A DNA stretch of 24,000 nt from Martelella alba (lineage in GTDB: Bacteria; Pseudomonadota; Gammaproteobacteria; Enterobacterales; Enterobacteriaceae), in the NCBI RefSeq assembly GCF_005217455.1, contig NZ_SZPQ01000027.1, positions 31,932 through 55,931 on the forward strand, in the 5' to 3' direction. Positions within the stretch are counted from its first letter, which is position 1. Each line of letters begins with the position of its first letter. Of the stretch, positions 22,828 through 24,000 are shown piece by piece. Both the position numbers and the translations under genes were made by a program. The notes below the pieces were generated by a model. It was not told the origin of the DNA. It did not search any database and was given only the letters and a program-made list of their open reading frames with translations.

Positions 22828-24000
22828 CTAGCCATTAGGCGTTATCAGACGGCGTAATCTTTGTTGCAATACCAGCGCCAGCAGGCAAAAAAACACGCCT
22901 AGCACACACACGCCTAGCCAACCGGCCAGCGGCCAGACAATTCCGCCGGCAAAGGTACCCAGCGCGCCGCCAAAAAAGCGCGTGACCATATATAGCGTAT
23001 TTAGCCGACTTACCGCCTGCGGATCAAGCCGATAGTTGCAATGCATACTGATCACATGGCTTATCTGCATCCCCAAATCCATTAGCACCACGCCGGGAAT
23101 CAACGCCAATAGTTGTCCGTGCGCCATGGCGTAACTGATAAAAGACAGCGTCATCAGCGAACCGCCAATAAGCAACAGGCCCGGCGCAGACAGTCGCCGC
23201 GACAAGCGCCCAGCCACCGGCGCGGCCAGCGCGCCGCCGGCGCCCACCAGACCGAACAAACCGGCGGTGGCCGCCGTATAACCGCGATCCAGACTCAGTA
23301 GATAGAAGGCAAGTGTAGTCCAAAACAGGCTGAACGCGGCGAATTGCAGCGCGGCGCCGATGGCCGTCACACGCAGCACGGTGTGACGACGGAATAACGC
23401 CGCCAAACTTGCCAGCAACTCCCCATACCCGCCCTGGAATGTCGGCGCCACCTTGGGCAGTGTTAGGCGTAACGTCGCCAATAACAGCAGCATGATGGCG
23501 GCGGCCAGAAAGTAAACCGTTCGCCAGCCGAACCAGTGCCCGAGCTCACCGCCGACGAAACGCGACAACAGGATGCCAAGCAACAATCCGCCCATCACCA
23601 GGCCAATGGCTTCGCCGGCGCCGTCCGGCCCAGCCACTTTGGCCGCGAAAGTCGGCAGAATCTGCGGCACGATACTGCAAAAACCGATCAGAAAGCCAAA
23701 CAGCAGTAGCTGGGGGAAGTTGCCGGCCGCAGCAAAAGCGAGCAACGCGCCGGCCGCCAGCAACAGCATGATCGAAATAAGATTGCGTCGTTCCACCTTA
23801 TCGCCGAGCGGCAACAGGAATAGCATGCCGAGCGCATAACCCAATTGGGTCAACGCCGCGATATTACTTGCCTGCTGTTCTCTCACTCCGAAACTTGCCG
23901 CCAGATCCCCCAACAACGGCTGATTGTAATAATTATTCGCCACCACCAGTCCAGCAGTCAATGCCATGATCCATAGGGTCAGTCGCTTCATCCGTTTCAT
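22828..24000 (-). CDS. MFS transporter (12-TM type)
   Basis: 390 aa with many hydrophobic spans. The MFS loop 2-3 motif is LPLGDKVERRNLI. The ATG occupies the last three bases of the window, so the true start could lie beyond the edge. It ends 18 bp upstream of the IclR gene on the same strand. Confidence 0.85.
   Translation of the reverse strand: MKRMKRLTLWIMALTAGLVVANNYYNQPLLGDLAASFGVREQQASNIAALTQLGYALGMLFLLPLGDKVERRNLISIMLLLAAGALLAFAAAGNFPQLLLFGFLIGFCSIVPQILPTFAAKVAGPDGAGEAIGLVMGGLLLGILLSRFVGGELGHWFGWRTVYFLAAAIMLLLLATLRLTLPKVAPTFQGGYGELLASLAALFRRHTVLRVTAIGAALQFAAFSLFWTTLAFYLLSLDRGYTAATAGLFGLVGAGGALAAPVAGRLSRRLSAPGLLLIGGSLMTLSFISYAMAHGQLLALIPGVVLMDLGMQISHVISMHCNYRLDPQAVSRLNTLYMVTRFFGGALGTFAGGIVWPLAGWLGVCVLGVFFCLLALVLQQRLRRLITPNG

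Noticed and set aside
1-24000. A window-wide search for defence or mobile systems: CRISPR repeats, restriction-modification, toxin-antitoxin pairs of normal size, abortive-infection ATPases or nucleases, integrases, transposases, phage genes, and tRNA/rRNA genes.
   Set aside because: None of the translated ORFs shows nuclease, helicase, methyltransferase, recombinase or phage motifs. I saw no regularly spaced direct repeats and no tRNA-like sequences. The only repeats are ERIC-type elements.

Overview
This window is 24 kb of chromosomal DNA, apparently from a GC-rich member of the Enterobacterales. The evidence is E. coli-like Gss, AlkB and UxaC proteins, ERIC/IRU-type intergenic repeats and a bgl-type RAT antitermination leader. 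I cannot name the species.

Gene order, left to right:
- The tail of a membrane anti-sigma-like gene and a Spy/CpxP-like periplasmic sensor.
- A DUF1800/DUF1501 (Tat-exported) pair.
- alkB behind a perfect LexA box.
- Divergent uxuA and uxaC, separated by a 700 bp AT-rich control region with two CRP sites.
- A GNAT acetyltransferase.
- A tightly coupled DedA-GT4-GT2 operon.
- An AT-rich relic: a BglG-family antiterminator with an intact RAT/terminator leader but a foreign C-terminus and no bglF/bglB.
- An SDR oxidoreductase.
- A LysR regulator divergent from a translationally coupled M20 amidohydrolase, orphan periplasmic binding protein and GCPII/TfR-like M28 protein, followed by gss.
- A 1.35 kb AT-rich stretch with two inverted ERIC copies and three short hydrophobic ORFs.
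- An MFS-IclR operon on the minus strand.

I saw no rRNA, tRNA, CRISPR array, transposase, integrase or recognisable defence genes. The region is mostly ordinary.

The points most worth a second look are:
- SOS (LexA) wiring of alkB.
- The M20-SBP-M28 operon, whose M28B protein appears to have lost the catalytic Glu-Glu pair.
- The chimeric orphan bglG.
- The DedA-GT4-GT2 candidate glycolipid module.
- The ERIC-flanked small membrane-protein locus.

All functional calls come from by-eye motif and homology recognition. No searches were run.
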